The notes under the pieces were generated by a model that did no database searches, was not told the origin of the DNA, and was given only the letters and a program-made list of their open reading frames with translations. A stretch of DNA of 64,000 bases from Candidatus Latescibacterota bacterium (lineage in GTDB: Bacteria; Krumholzibacteriota; Krumholzibacteriia; WVZY01; JAKEHA01), in NCBI GenBank assembly GCA_963707635.1, contig OY970173.1, positions 1,984,001 to 2,048,000 on the forward strand. Reading direction: 5' to 3'. Of the stretch, positions 43,808-53,620 are shown piece after piece. Positions within the stretch are counted from its first letter, which is position 1; each line of letters begins with the position of its first letter. The position numbers were made by a program, and so were the translations under genes.

Positions 43808-44754
43808 TTGCCGCTCCGCGCGCCCTGCGCCTCGCGTCCAGACCCCGGCAGCAGGCGCCGCTTGATTGGGCGAAGCACGAAGCGCGCCGCGTAGGAAGCG
43901 TCCTCCCAGAGTCCGTCGGCGTTGTGCATGAGCCAGCGCGGCAAATGCGCGGTGCAGGCGATCTTCTCGGCGGCGGACACCTGCGCCCTTCGGATGGCGC
44001 CGAGGTGACCCAGGAACTGCCGCGTGTACGGAAACACCGGTTTCCCGGCCTTGGACTGGTCGAACCATGCGTTTCTTGTCTGGCGGGACCGATACTGCCG
44101 CACCGACCGATTCCCGTGCTGCCGATGATGAAACAACACGTCGGGCAGCTCGACGATCCGGCCGGCGAGCCCGATCTCTGCCAGCAGCACGCGGTCGCAA
44201 TCGGCGTAGTCCGAGAGCAGTCTCGTGCGCCGGACCATGTCGGCGCGCATGAGCCCGAAAATCACGATGCACGAGTGCTCGCGGCGCGCGAGCTCGCGAA
44301 AACGCGTGGGGACGTGCGGCGTGTCCGTGTCCATTCCGAAAGACACCACCTTGAGCGTGTTCCCCTTCTCGTCGATGTCGCGTACGCGCGTGTGGACCGC
44401 AACCGCACCCGGGTCGCGATCCAGCACCTCGACACACCGCTCGAGATAGGTGGGCTCGTGGACGTCGTCGTGCGCCGCCCACTTGAAGTACTCCCCCGTT
44501 GCCAGCTCGAAGACCCGGTTGAAATTGTGGCGGCCGCCGAGGTTGGTCTCGTTTCGGTAGTAGCGCACGCGGGGATCACGTCGCGCACGCTCCCGGCAAA
44601 TGGTCTCGGTCGCGTCGGTCGATGCGTTGTCTGAAATGATGAGCTCGAAGTCGCGGAAGGACTGGGCGAGCAGCGAGTCCAGCGCCGGAGCCAGGAACTC
44701 GGCACCGTTAAAGACCGGCACACCCACGCTGACCCGTGGTGTCTTAGCGCTCAC
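43804..44754 (-). CDS. GT2 glycosyltransferase
   Basis: VSVGVPVFNG, ISDNASTD, WAAHDD; GTG start after GAGGT. Confidence 0.92.
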   Translation of the reverse strand: MSAKTPRVSVGVPVFNGAEFLAPALDSLLAQSFRDFELIISDNASTDATETICRERARRDPRVRYYRNETNLGGRHNFNRVFELATGEYFKWAAHDDVHEPTYLERCVEVLDRDPGAVAVHTRVRDIDEKGNTLKVVSFGMDTDTPHVPTRFRELARREHSCIVIFGLMRADMVRRTRLLSDYADCDRVLLAEIGLAGRIVELPDVLFHHRQHGNRSVRQYRSRQTRNAWFDQSKAGKPVFPYTRQFLGHLGAIRRAQVSAAEKIACTAHLPRWLMHNADGLWEDASYAARFVLRPIKRRLLPGSGREAQGARSGK

Positions 44755-44883
44755 TTTGACCTCGTTTCGCCGGGTGGCGAATGCCGGAGCTTGTGACAGC
44801 ATGATCCGATGCGAGAATGCCCTGTCGGCACGCCGCACGCAAGCAAAAGCGAGCGTGCGCGATGGTCTAGCCGCCTGCCAGGC

Positions 44884-44899
44884 AGCAAGTTACATGCCC
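44884..44899 (-). promoter_or_regulatory. Putative sigma54 promoter of the GT/CDP-sugar/Wzm-Wzt operon
   Basis: GGGCATGTAACTTGCT (GG-N10-GC, TTGC). Confidence 0.65.
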
Positions 44900-44954
44900 G
44901 GGAACGGTACGGGGGGCGAAAGCGGACGCGTGGTTCTGACACCCCACCGGGTGT

Positions 44955-45746
44955 TCAGTACGCGCCCTTGCCGGTGAGAACCACGTAGATCGTCCGGAAG
45001 AGGATCTTCAGGTCCATCCACGGGCTCCAGTTGCGGATGTACACGAGGTCGAAGTGCAGCTTCTGGCGCAGTCCGTCGTCGGTGTTCGTATACCCCAGCG
45101 CGACCTGGGCCAGGCCGGTGATGCCCGGCTTCGTCCGCAGGCGGAGTTGGAACTCCGGAAGGTCCTTCTCGATGCGGCCGATGAAATAGGCGCGCTCGGG
45201 TCGCGGCCCCACGATGCTCATGTCACCGTGGAGCACGTTGATGAACTGCGGGACCTCGTCGATCCGGGTCTTGCGCAGCACACGACCGACGGGGGTGATG
45301 CGGGGGTCCTGCTCCTTTGCCCACAGCGGAGGTGTTCCCCGCTCGGCATCCACGACCATGGTCCGGAACTTATAGATGGTGAACGGGAGCCCGAAATTCA
45401 CCAGCACCCGGCGGTCGCGTCCGCGCCGGCTGGCTTCGACGTCGCTCACGCGGGTCCGACGATCGCGCAACCGCCGGTTGACCCCGACGCGCTCCTGACG
45501 ATAGAACACCGGACCCGGAGAGGTCGACTGGATGAGCGCAGCCGCCACCAGCATGACGGGCGAGAGTATCACCAGCGCGGCGATACTGATTACGACGTCC
45601 AGGGCGCGCTTCCACCCCAGGCGCCCGCGCACGTCATAGGGGTGCCGGGCGGGCCTGTCGACGGCAACGACCGGAATCTCCCGGTCGGCGAGCAGCCAGG
45701 GAAAGCGAACCGGGTTGGGGCGGGCGAAACGGGTTCCGAAAGTCAT
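44955..45746 (-). CDS. Initiating phosphoglycosyl transferase (bacterial sugar transferase family)
   Basis: KRALD, YKFRTM, DPRIT, RIDEVPQF, GDMSIVGPRPE, KPGITGLAQV. Confidence 0.95.
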   Translation of the reverse strand: MTFGTRFARPNPVRFPWLLADREIPVVAVDRPARHPYDVRGRLGWKRALDVVISIAALVILSPVMLVAAALIQSTSPGPVFYRQERVGVNRRLRDRRTRVSDVEASRRGRDRRVLVNFGLPFTIYKFRTMVVDAERGTPPLWAKEQDPRITPVGRVLRKTRIDEVPQFINVLHGDMSIVGPRPERAYFIGRIEKDLPEFQLRLRTKPGITGLAQVALGYTNTDDGLRQKLHFDLVYIRNWSPWMDLKILFRTIYVVLTGKGAY

Positions 45747-45831
45747 CGTCGTACCGGGTTCCGAGTTCGAAAGAAAGGGGGCGGGGTGTGGGACGAAACG
45801 TAAATACAGAACACCCCGCAGGGGCGTTGAG

Positions 45832-45847
45832 AGCATCTTCAATGCCA
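45832..45847 (-). promoter_or_regulatory. Putative sigma54 promoter of the sugar transferase
   Basis: TGGCATTGAAGATGCT; IHF-like TTACAATGCGTTA at 45908-45920 upstream. Confidence 0.65.
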
Positions 45848-46066
45848 CTGGAGCGCTTGCGACCCAGCTGGTTTCGCCGGGCGAACCATGCTCGGTATGG
45901 TGTGTTATTACAATGCGTTAGAGAGCGCGGTGCGAGTGATCTCTACGACGAGCGTGCTAAACGGTGATGGTAGGGTTGGGGCTGAATCGGTTATTTCACC
46001 CAGGCGCAAGCGCCGGCCGCGAAGATAACTACAAGTGATAGATTGTGTTACAGACGCACCGCCGGC

Positions 46067-46094
46067 CATGGGCGAATGGGGATAATCGCCCATG
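46067..46094. promoter_or_regulatory. Inverted repeat: candidate enhancer (UAS) or terminator
   Basis: CATGGGCGA-N10-TCGCCCATG, ~220 bp upstream of the sigma54 site and just past the PorV-like stop. Confidence 0.45.
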
Positions 46095-46128
46095 AAATCA
46101 ACTACTAAGCGGAGGATGGAGCGGGCGT

Positions 46129-47412
46129 CTACTCGGCGACGATCTCGAAAATGTGCCCCGCGCTCTTGTAGCGCTGGCGCTCCTCGTCTGCCTCGTCGAA
46201 CGACCGGAACCGGCCGAGCACCACGCGGTAGTGCCCCGCCACGGACTCGACCTTGGCCGGGATCTTGAGAAGTTCGAGTGCGCGGACCTCGGAGCGCGCG
46301 CTGTCCAGCCACGAGTGCGATCCCGCCACCAGCACGAAGGTGGTCGGCGTCGACTGGGCGCGGCCGGCCCGCGGCGCGATGGGAGCAGGCGCCGGCGCGG
46401 AGGGCGGCACGGGCGGCGCCGTGTCGCCGAGCGGCACGGTTACCGGCGGGCGACGCGAGGGCCCCGCCATGCCGAACGAATACGAAAGCGAGAACGTGTG
46501 TGTGCTCGAGAAATACTCCTGCGGCGTGTAGGCATACTCGATCGCAAAGGCGCTGTAGCGCACGCCGAAGCCGGCGTTGAACGGGGTCTGCGACTGGGCG
46601 TTGTCGAGGTTGTCGTTCAATCCCGTGCGCAGCGTGAACATGGTGTTGATCTGATAGTCGACGCCGAACTGAAGCCGCGTCCCGTACGAGTCCGAGTTGG
46701 CGACCTGGGCGCCGGCATAGAATTGCCCGACCGCCGAGTCGAAGACGCGCCCGCCCCCGACCATCCACTCGGGCGCGATGCTCCAGGTGCCGGACGGGTA
46801 CGAAACCGAGCCGCCGATATCCCGCGCCGCCAGGTGGATCAGATTGCGCCCGATGTGGTATGCCGCTCCGGCGTGGAACGCGTATCCGGTCCCGGTATTC
46901 GGAAAAATGTGCTCCCGCAGGTACGTGGCTCCGACCGCGGCCGAGAGGCCAGTGCCGCGAAAGGCGCGGCTGAGCGTCATGTCGAAGCCGACGTTGTAGT
47001 AGCTCTGTTCCGAGATGGCCGACATCGCGTCGTTGTAGCCGACCAGCCCGCCCGAGTAGAGGAAGGTGCCGCCGATCCCCAGGACCGTGGACCCGTCGCC
47101 GAGCGGAACCGCGACCCCGGCCGCGCTGAAGGTCAGATCGTCCAGCCACTCCGCGGCGGTGATGAAGGCCTGGGTGTGCTCGAGGCCGGAGGTGAACGCC
47201 GGATTCGAGTACATGAGTGATGCATCGGGGCTGAACCCCGCCACCGCATCCGGTGACGACATGAGTCGCGCCCCGACCGGAATCTTGAGGAACGAAGCGG
47301 CGTAGCTGCCCGCGCCGGTCTGGGTTCGGCCGGCGCCGGTCAGGGCCAGGAGTGCGATCAGGGCCAGGCCGGAGACGGCCAGTCCGCGACGGGTAGGTGC
47401 GTAATGTCTCAT
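46129..47412 (-). CDS. PorV/PorQ-family outer-membrane barrel fused to a C-terminal SPOR domain
   Basis: ASFLKIPVGAR...SNPA PorV-like N-terminus, STHTFSLSYSF barrel end, Pro-rich linker, then VAGS...YRVVLGRFRSFDEA SPOR-like. Confidence 0.8.
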   Translation of the reverse strand: MRHYAPTRRGLAVSGLALIALLALTGAGRTQTGAGSYAASFLKIPVGARLMSSPDAVAGFSPDASLMYSNPAFTSGLEHTQAFITAAEWLDDLTFSAAGVAVPLGDGSTVLGIGGTFLYSGGLVGYNDAMSAISEQSYYNVGFDMTLSRAFRGTGLSAAVGATYLREHIFPNTGTGYAFHAGAAYHIGRNLIHLAARDIGGSVSYPSGTWSIAPEWMVGGGRVFDSAVGQFYAGAQVANSDSYGTRLQFGVDYQINTMFTLRTGLNDNLDNAQSQTPFNAGFGVRYSAFAIEYAYTPQEYFSSTHTFSLSYSFGMAGPSRRPPVTVPLGDTAPPVPPSAPAPAPIAPRAGRAQSTPTTFVLVAGSHSWLDSARSEVRALELLKIPAKVESVAGHYRVVLGRFRSFDEADEERQRYKSAGHIFEIVAE

Positions 47413-47471
47413 CGAGCCCTTCCCTGCCGTGTCGTTGCGACGATGTCTAGCGGTGGATGCCGTTCGAAATG

Positions 47472-47487
47472 AGCAAACCCGGGGCCA
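47472..47487 (-). promoter_or_regulatory. Putative sigma54 promoter of the PorV-SPOR gene
   Basis: TGGCCCCGGGTTTGCT; IHF-like AACCAACGGTTTG at 47501-47513. Confidence 0.6.
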
Positions 47488-47779
47488 AGGGCCCACCGCG
47501 CAAACCGTTGGTTTCAATCGCAGTCGATAGTATCCGAGGATTCCAAACCAGGGCATGTAATCTCCCTAACAGCCGGCCGTTAGTCGCCGACGGCGGGGCG
47601 GTTCTGCCTCAATCTGCACGGTCTCGCCGTGCAGGCACCATGACGCTTCGACAAACTTTCTGGCGGGGGCGATTTTCAGGGGCCGGCTGGAGCGTTTGCG
47701 GCCGTTGGGCCTGGTTCCAGCCGTCGGGTCGACGCGTCCCGTGCCGACGCGCCCGCCCCGGAGCTGGACCGGAGGGCCA

Positions 47780-49303
47780 TTAGGGGCGACCCTCCATCTC
47801 ATCCAACCGGCGTTGAGCTACTCTCGCATACCGTGTTTCCGGAAAACGCTCAATACATTTCTTCAGCATCGCGACGGCCTTGGGACGGTCGTTCAGCTCC
47901 GTCAAGTAGAGCTCCCCGGCCTTGACCATCCCGGCGGCGGTCGCGTCGTCGTCCCACTCCGGCGTCGCCGAGGCGAGGATCTCCGCCACGTCCCCGGCCC
48001 GCCCGCTCATCACGTAACTGGCCGCCAGGGCCCCCTGCACGGTGAGGCGATCGCCCGCGAACTGGCTGCGCCGGTCGATGAGCGAGAGGTAGTACTCCCG
48101 GGCACGCTCGAGCGCGCGCTCCGCGAGCTCCGTCTCGCCCCGGTCCACGTAGTGGCGCACGATGACCATCGGGGTCTCGATCGCGGCCGCCGAATAGGGG
48201 TAGATCTGCTGCGTGCGCCGCAGCAGCGACAGCGACTCGTCCCAGGAGCCCTGCCGCTCGAGGACCTGGGCGCGCGTCAGCATCGCCCGCGAAACGACCG
48301 CTTCCGGGGCGCCTGGCGCGTCCTCGAGCGCCCGGAACGCCTGCAACGCGCCCGCCTCGTCGCCCCCCTCGAGCTGCAACTCGATCAAGTCGTAACGCGC
48401 GGCGAACGCCGCGTCCGTGTCCGGATACTTCTGGACCACGCCGGCCAGCACCGGCTCCGCGGCGGCGGCGTCCTTGCGAGCGAACGCGTGGATCTCGCCG
48501 AGCAGCAGTTCGAGCCCGGCGGCGTCGGCGGCCAGGCCCGGCGTCGCGATGGCCCCGGCGAGTTCGCGGGCGGCGTCGTCCCATTCGCCGCGCACCATGT
48601 GGAGCTGAATACGTCCCAGACGGGCCTGGTCGGCGCGGGGCGAACCCGGCCACGTGGCCACGACGCGGTCGTAGAACCCGGCCGCGAGGCGGGAGGATTC
48701 GTCGTAGCGCTCGTGGTCGCCGTTCTCCTGGTACATCCTCACCAGCACGATCGGAATGTTGAGAAAGACGTCGTCCAGCTCGACACGCCCGGACCAGAAA
48801 TCGGGGCTCTCGACGATGGCCGAAAACATGCGCGCGCACTGATCCAGCGCCGCGCTGCTTTCGCCCGCCATGTACATCGACCGCGCGGCGCCGAGGCGGG
48901 CTTCCAGCGCGCTGCGCAGCGGGATCGAGCCGCGCTCGACGGTCTCGCGATACATGCTGCCGGCGTCGACGTAGCGCTCGCTCAAGAAGTACAGGTTGGC
49001 GAGCGCGATCCGGGAGGACAGCAGGATGTGTCGAATGTCGTCGACGACGGGTGCGCGCCACGAGTCGGCGCCGGGGTCCGCGAGCGGGTCGTCGGCGACC
49101 ACGCGCTGGTAGGCGTCGATGGCGAGCCGGGTGTCGTTCTGCGACGCCTGCATGAACGAAAGGTTGATCCGGCGCTGAAAGAACTGCGCGCGCCACAAAC
49201 GCCGCTCGAGGTCGTAGCGCGCGCGAACGTCGTCCGTGGGCGCGCACGAGACGACGAGCGGCCACAGCGCCGCGACCCAGAGCCAGCGCGGGTACCGCGT
49301 CAC
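47780..49303 (-). CDS. TPR lipoprotein
   Basis: Lipobox LVVSC; repeated TPR units (ATWPGSPRADQARL, QKYPDTDAA, ERFPETRYA). Confidence 0.82.
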   Translation of the reverse strand: MTRYPRWLWVAALWPLVVSCAPTDDVRARYDLERRLWRAQFFQRRINLSFMQASQNDTRLAIDAYQRVVADDPLADPGADSWRAPVVDDIRHILLSSRIALANLYFLSERYVDAGSMYRETVERGSIPLRSALEARLGAARSMYMAGESSAALDQCARMFSAIVESPDFWSGRVELDDVFLNIPIVLVRMYQENGDHERYDESSRLAAGFYDRVVATWPGSPRADQARLGRIQLHMVRGEWDDAARELAGAIATPGLAADAAGLELLLGEIHAFARKDAAAAEPVLAGVVQKYPDTDAAFAARYDLIELQLEGGDEAGALQAFRALEDAPGAPEAVVSRAMLTRAQVLERQGSWDESLSLLRRTQQIYPYSAAAIETPMVIVRHYVDRGETELAERALERAREYYLSLIDRRSQFAGDRLTVQGALAASYVMSGRAGDVAEILASATPEWDDDATAAGMVKAGELYLTELNDRPKAVAMLKKCIERFPETRYARVAQRRLDEMEGRP

Positions 49304-50127
49304 CGCAGGCCGCCTTCCTCGGGCAGCGCGAGCGCGGTGGTGGCGGCAAACAAGAGGTAGGCCGTGAGCACTTCGAGCAGCGCCGATCCGAGCAGCGCGT
49401 AGAAGACGAGCTCGGGCTGAAAACGGGACGCAATGCCGTCCGCGCGCGAGAGCAGCGCGTCGAGCGGGGCATGGACGGCCAGGACCGTGACCACGACCAG
49501 GAGCGTCGGCGCGAAGTTCTGCGCCGCGTATCCGATGCTGGCCCGCACCGCCGGCAACGCTCCCCCGCCGCGCAGACGCAACACGATCGGCGTATAGACC
49601 AGGAACGTTTGCACGCAGGCGGTGACTGCTACGGAGCCCACGACGGCGGCGCGCGCCGGGAGCCCGGTGGGCAGCATGGCGGCGAGAGCGCCCAGGCCGT
49701 AGCCGACCGCGACGCTCGTCCCCACGAACACGACTCCGACTCCCAGCACGTGCGGGAGTGCGGCTCGAAACGAGGGACGCGGGCGCGACCGGCCGACCAC
49801 GTGGTGGTCGACCATGAGCCAGACCCCCGCGCTCCACGCGGCGAAGCCGACGGTGGCCGCCAGCGGCAGGTAGATGCGCTGGTAGACCTCGGGCAACCGC
49901 ACGAAGTGGAGCGGGTAGTGAAGCGAATCGGCGCCGCCCAGCGCCTGCACCACCGGGACCATGAACGAGGCGATGGGACTCGCCGTGAAGAACGCGAGCA
50001 GGACCAGGAGCGCGCACTGCAGCGCGCCGAACGCGGCGAAGGGGACGAACACGCTCGGCGCGCGGAACCCGAGCCGCATGTTCGCGAGTCCGTCGAGGTA
50101 GCTACTGATGGTCTGGGTCAGATTCAT
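49300..50127 (-). CDS. Hypothetical polytopic membrane protein
   Basis: About six hydrophobic helices, HYPLHF motif; overlaps both neighbours. Confidence 0.75.
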   Translation of the reverse strand: MNLTQTISSYLDGLANMRLGFRAPSVFVPFAAFGALQCALLVLLAFFTASPIASFMVPVVQALGGADSLHYPLHFVRLPEVYQRIYLPLAATVGFAAWSAGVWLMVDHHVVGRSRPRPSFRAALPHVLGVGVVFVGTSVAVGYGLGALAAMLPTGLPARAAVVGSVAVTACVQTFLVYTPIVLRLRGGGALPAVRASIGYAAQNFAPTLLVVVTVLAVHAPLDALLSRADGIASRFQPELVFYALLGSALLEVLTAYLLFAATTALALPEEGGLR

Positions 50128-50758
50128 CGCGCTCCCGAAACAACCGTTCGATCTCCGTGTGTACGGTCCGCGCATAGGGCTCGACATGGCGTTGCGCCTG
50201 CGCGATGTCGGACGCAAACGGCGTCGAGATGCTGACGAACGCCACGTCCTGGGGCCGGCGCCTCAGGGCGCGACCGGCGAGCTCGAGCTTCAGCCCCACC
50301 TCGTCGGCGAGGACGCGGTCGCTGGTCTGGTACCAGTAACAGACGATCCGCCGCTCGAAACCGTTGTGCACGACCAGGGCCCGCAACTCGCCGGTCCCCC
50401 ACGGCACCGGCCAGCGCGTTTCCTGCTCGATGTTCCATCCCGAACCCGGGTAGCAGTGCCGGGGCGAGTGGACCTGCGAGCCCTCGCGCTGGCGATCGAA
50501 ATACCCTACGAAGACCCATACAGGCTCGTCCGCATCGGGTTCGTAGGTGCGGTAAAGCACCTCGCGCGCGCGCAGCGCATCGAAGAACTCCGGCTCGAGC
50601 GCCTCGTCGACGTACGCAGGCGCCACCCCGGCCAACCCCGCGCCGGCGAGCCCGAGATCTCCCGGATCCGCGGGTTCGGTGGCGCGCAGCGAATTGCCGG
50701 CGAGGGCCACCACCGCCAGTGCGATGGCGAGCGCTATCTGCGCGCGTGTCCGATCCAC
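50102..50758 (-). CDS. EpsI-family exosortase-associated protein
   Basis: VFVGYF, HSPRHCYPGSGW signature, YWYQ. Confidence 0.9.
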   Translation of the reverse strand: MDRTRAQIALAIALAVVALAGNSLRATEPADPGDLGLAGAGLAGVAPAYVDEALEPEFFDALRAREVLYRTYEPDADEPVWVFVGYFDRQREGSQVHSPRHCYPGSGWNIEQETRWPVPWGTGELRALVVHNGFERRIVCYWYQTSDRVLADEVGLKLELAGRALRRRPQDVAFVSISTPFASDIAQAQRHVEPYARTVHTEIERLFRERDESDPDHQ

Positions 50759-51579
50759 TCGAGCCCCTTTCCGCCGGCGACCAGGGCCAGAACCCCGGTG
50801 ACGAATACCACGACCCCCGAGAGCTCGTGAAGGAAACTCTGCGCCGCCGCCGGTCCGGCGATGGCCGCGATGCCGGCGGTGAGCGAGAGCCGGGCCACGT
50901 TGGCGCCCACCGCGATGGGAATCACCAGCGCCAGGAACACGAGCCTGCGCACGACGCCGAGTGCGAGCCAGTCCAGCATGAACCACGCGAGTGTGCCCAG
51001 CGTCATGATCGACCGCAGGCCGCTGCAGGCAGCGACGACTTCCAGTGCGTATCCCTCCAGACGAATGACGTTGCCTTCGCGCACGAGCGGCATTCCGGCC
51101 AGGCTCAGGATCTCGGCCGCGATGCGCGAGCTCTCGAGCTGCAGGGGAAAGGTGAGGCGGTAGTACACGAGGTACGGGAGCGGGACCATGCACAACAGAA
51201 ACGCGATCGGATAGGCGAGGACGCGAAAGCGCTCGCGCCCCTCGATCGTGATCACCATCCCGGCCACCACCACCACCAGCGACACCCGCATGGTGAACAG
51301 CTCGGCGGTGAGGAGGCCGAGCAGGTACAGGCAGACGCCGGCGCCGGTGACCCAGAGCCCGGCCCCGTCGACGCGAGCCGCGGCGGCAAGGAAGCGGTGG
51401 CGCCTCCGCCAGGCCAGGACGGCCGCCATGGGGAGCACGAAGAAGCCGTGGGCGTAGTTCGGGTCGTCCGCCCACTGGTGGGCCAGAGACGCCGCTACGA
51501 ACCAGTACGCCGCGGCGAAGGAAAGCAGGAGCAGGATCGACGAAGCAACCGATCGAGGCGCGGGAACGGCGAGCCTCAT
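50734..51579 (-). CDS. Exosortase (EpsH family)
   Basis: YAHGFFV, REGNVI, LEVVAACSGLRS (Cys), ANVARL (Arg), FLHELSG (His). Confidence 0.94.
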   Translation of the reverse strand: MRLAVPAPRSVASSILLLLSFAAAYWFVAASLAHQWADDPNYAHGFFVLPMAAVLAWRRRHRFLAAAARVDGAGLWVTGAGVCLYLLGLLTAELFTMRVSLVVVVAGMVITIEGRERFRVLAYPIAFLLCMVPLPYLVYYRLTFPLQLESSRIAAEILSLAGMPLVREGNVIRLEGYALEVVAACSGLRSIMTLGTLAWFMLDWLALGVVRRLVFLALVIPIAVGANVARLSLTAGIAAIAGPAAAQSFLHELSGVVVFVTGVLALVAGGKGLEWIGHARR

Positions 51580-53381
51580 TGCTCCGATTGCACCAGGAAG
51601 CGGCCGGCGGAATGCACCGCGCCCGAGCCGTCCGTGACCCGGACGAGATAGAGCGCCGGCGCCACCCGCTGCCCGGTGTCGTTGGTGAAGTCCCAGGACC
51701 AGGTGAACCCGTCCGCGCTGCTCTGGAAGCGCCGCACCGCGACGCCGGTCGCGTCGAAGATCCTGACCAGCCATGCGCGCGGCAGATTGCGAACCTCGAG
51801 CGGTCGGTGCGGATCGTCGGCCCAGAAGCCGTCCGGCACGATGGCGCCGGTGCTGGATGCAAGGTCCGTCCCGACGGTGAAGGTGAACACCAGCGGCGTG
51901 GCGCAGTTCTGTACCGCAGCGCGGTCGCACGCCTCCACGTCCACGCGGACCTCGGTCCCGCTGCCGAAGGCGGTATCGGGCCGGTAGCGAATTTCGGCGC
52001 TGGTCGGCGTGCCATCGACGGTGAACACGACCGGGGTTCCGTTCACGCGCATTTCCACCGAGGCGAAGTCTATTCCCAGGCCGCCATCGGCGAGCGACAC
52101 CACGAGGGTCGGCCTCGGTTCCACCCCGATCGCACCCGCCCCCGGGCTCACGACCTGAATCGTCGGCGCGGTGACGTCGTTGGCGGCGGCGGAGCCGGTT
52201 CGAAACGTCCAGTTGCGGCTCATCACGTTGGCCGGGTTCGCGCGGTCGGAGGCGGTCATCTCCACCAGCACGTCGGTGTTGGGAGGAAAGTCCGACGCGG
52301 GGTTGCACTGGACCGCGTAGCCGTTGCTGGCGGGTGTGAGCGACGGCGTGATCGCCACTCCGTTTGCCATCACCTGGATGGAGCTGGCGCTCACACCCGT
52401 CTTGTCGTCCGTCAGCACGAAATAGATGTTTGCGTTCAGCGGTACACCGGTCGCCCCCGGCGCCGGCGCCCGCTGGCTGATCGAAGGCGCCGCGACGTCG
52501 GTTCCCTGCGCGACCAGGGTCACCTCGGACGAATAGCCGCTGAACGTGCCTGCACCGGTGTAGGAGCGCACCGCGAAATAGTACGTTCCGGCGGCGAGGG
52601 CGCAACGCGACGCGGTGGTGGTGTTCCCCGCGTCGACCGAATCCGTGTAGGCGGCCTGGCTGCGGCGCCGGGTACCGAAATACATCCGATAGCCGGTGAC
52701 GGTGGGGTCGCTGACCCGGTTCCACGTGACCTGCGCGCAGCCGAGGGTGGGCTCCGTCACTCTCACGTTGGTCGGCGGCACCGGTCCAGCCGTGTTCTGG
52801 TTGCTGATGGTCGTGGTCGAAGGCGCGGATCGCCCGCTCCAGCGGTCGAACGAGTTGTGCGCGCGCAGCGCGAAGTGGTACGTCCCGGTCTGCATTCCAC
52901 AGCGGGTATACGTCGACTGGGTGCCGTTCTTGACGATGTCGAGCCGGTCGATCGACAACGAGTCGGTGTAGACGCCCGGATTACCGCCCCAGAGCAGCGT
53001 GTAGTCGGTCACGTAGTCGGTGACCGCGGCGCTATTCCAGCGCAGGACCACACAGCCGTCGGTGCTCCCGGTGGCGACCAGTCCCGCGGGGACGGCCGGG
53101 GTGACGGGCTGGATGCCGGTGAGGGTAAACACGTAGACGTCGCCGGTCTGGGTGACATCTTCGAGCGTGATCGACGTGGCCGGGCTGGCGACCTGGCTGC
53201 CCGCCGCAGCCCCGTTCTTCCGGATGTTGTAGTTGCCGGCCGGCGCCAGATCGAAGATCAGGAATTGCGTGTTGCCCGCCGCGGGTTGCGATCCTGCGGA
53301 TGCCTTGCCGGCGGCGTGTGTGCTTGCCGCGGCGACGACGAGCGCCACGAACAGAACGATCGAGAATGCATGACGGACCAT
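51576..53381 (-). CDS. Secreted Fn3/Ig-repeat protein with FlgD/T9SS-like C-terminal domain
   Basis: Signal peptide, two Fn3 domains (GTYHFALRA, GTYYFAVRS), two Ig-like domains (APSIS..P, WTFRT), C-terminus NLP..VRIFDATG..WDFTNDTGQRVAPALY. Confidence 0.85.
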   Translation of the reverse strand: MVRHAFSIVLFVALVVAAASTHAAGKASAGSQPAAGNTQFLIFDLAPAGNYNIRKNGAAAGSQVASPATSITLEDVTQTGDVYVFTLTGIQPVTPAVPAGLVATGSTDGCVVLRWNSAAVTDYVTDYTLLWGGNPGVYTDSLSIDRLDIVKNGTQSTYTRCGMQTGTYHFALRAHNSFDRWSGRSAPSTTTISNQNTAGPVPPTNVRVTEPTLGCAQVTWNRVSDPTVTGYRMYFGTRRRSQAAYTDSVDAGNTTTASRCALAAGTYYFAVRSYTGAGTFSGYSSEVTLVAQGTDVAAPSISQRAPAPGATGVPLNANIYFVLTDDKTGVSASSIQVMANGVAITPSLTPASNGYAVQCNPASDFPPNTDVLVEMTASDRANPANVMSRNWTFRTGSAAANDVTAPTIQVVSPGAGAIGVEPRPTLVVSLADGGLGIDFASVEMRVNGTPVVFTVDGTPTSAEIRYRPDTAFGSGTEVRVDVEACDRAAVQNCATPLVFTFTVGTDLASSTGAIVPDGFWADDPHRPLEVRNLPRAWLVRIFDATGVAVRRFQSSADGFTWSWDFTNDTGQRVAPALYLVRVTDGSGAVHSAGRFLVQSEQ

Positions 53382-53620
53382 GATCCACCCCCGGCCGCGC
53401 GCCGGCGGCACGCCTTGGGAATCATCGAATCGAATCGACGCCAACTTGTTACAGAGCTTGAGTCGCGACGGTCAGGGGCTGCAAGAACCGTGCACGGCGG
53501 CCGGGGCTGGGCCCGCACGTGACCGAGACACACCATTGGAGATTCCGCCGGGGAGGTCAAGGAGAATGTCGGCGTAATTCCCCGGCGTTCCGCGGCCCCG
53601 GGTGGGACCGGGGCCCCTCG

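Noticed and set aside
53480..53495. Sigma54 promoter before the Fn3 cargo gene as a firm feature
   Set aside because: GTGCACGGTTCTTGCA has TG in place of the near-invariant GG; kept only as a degenerate mention
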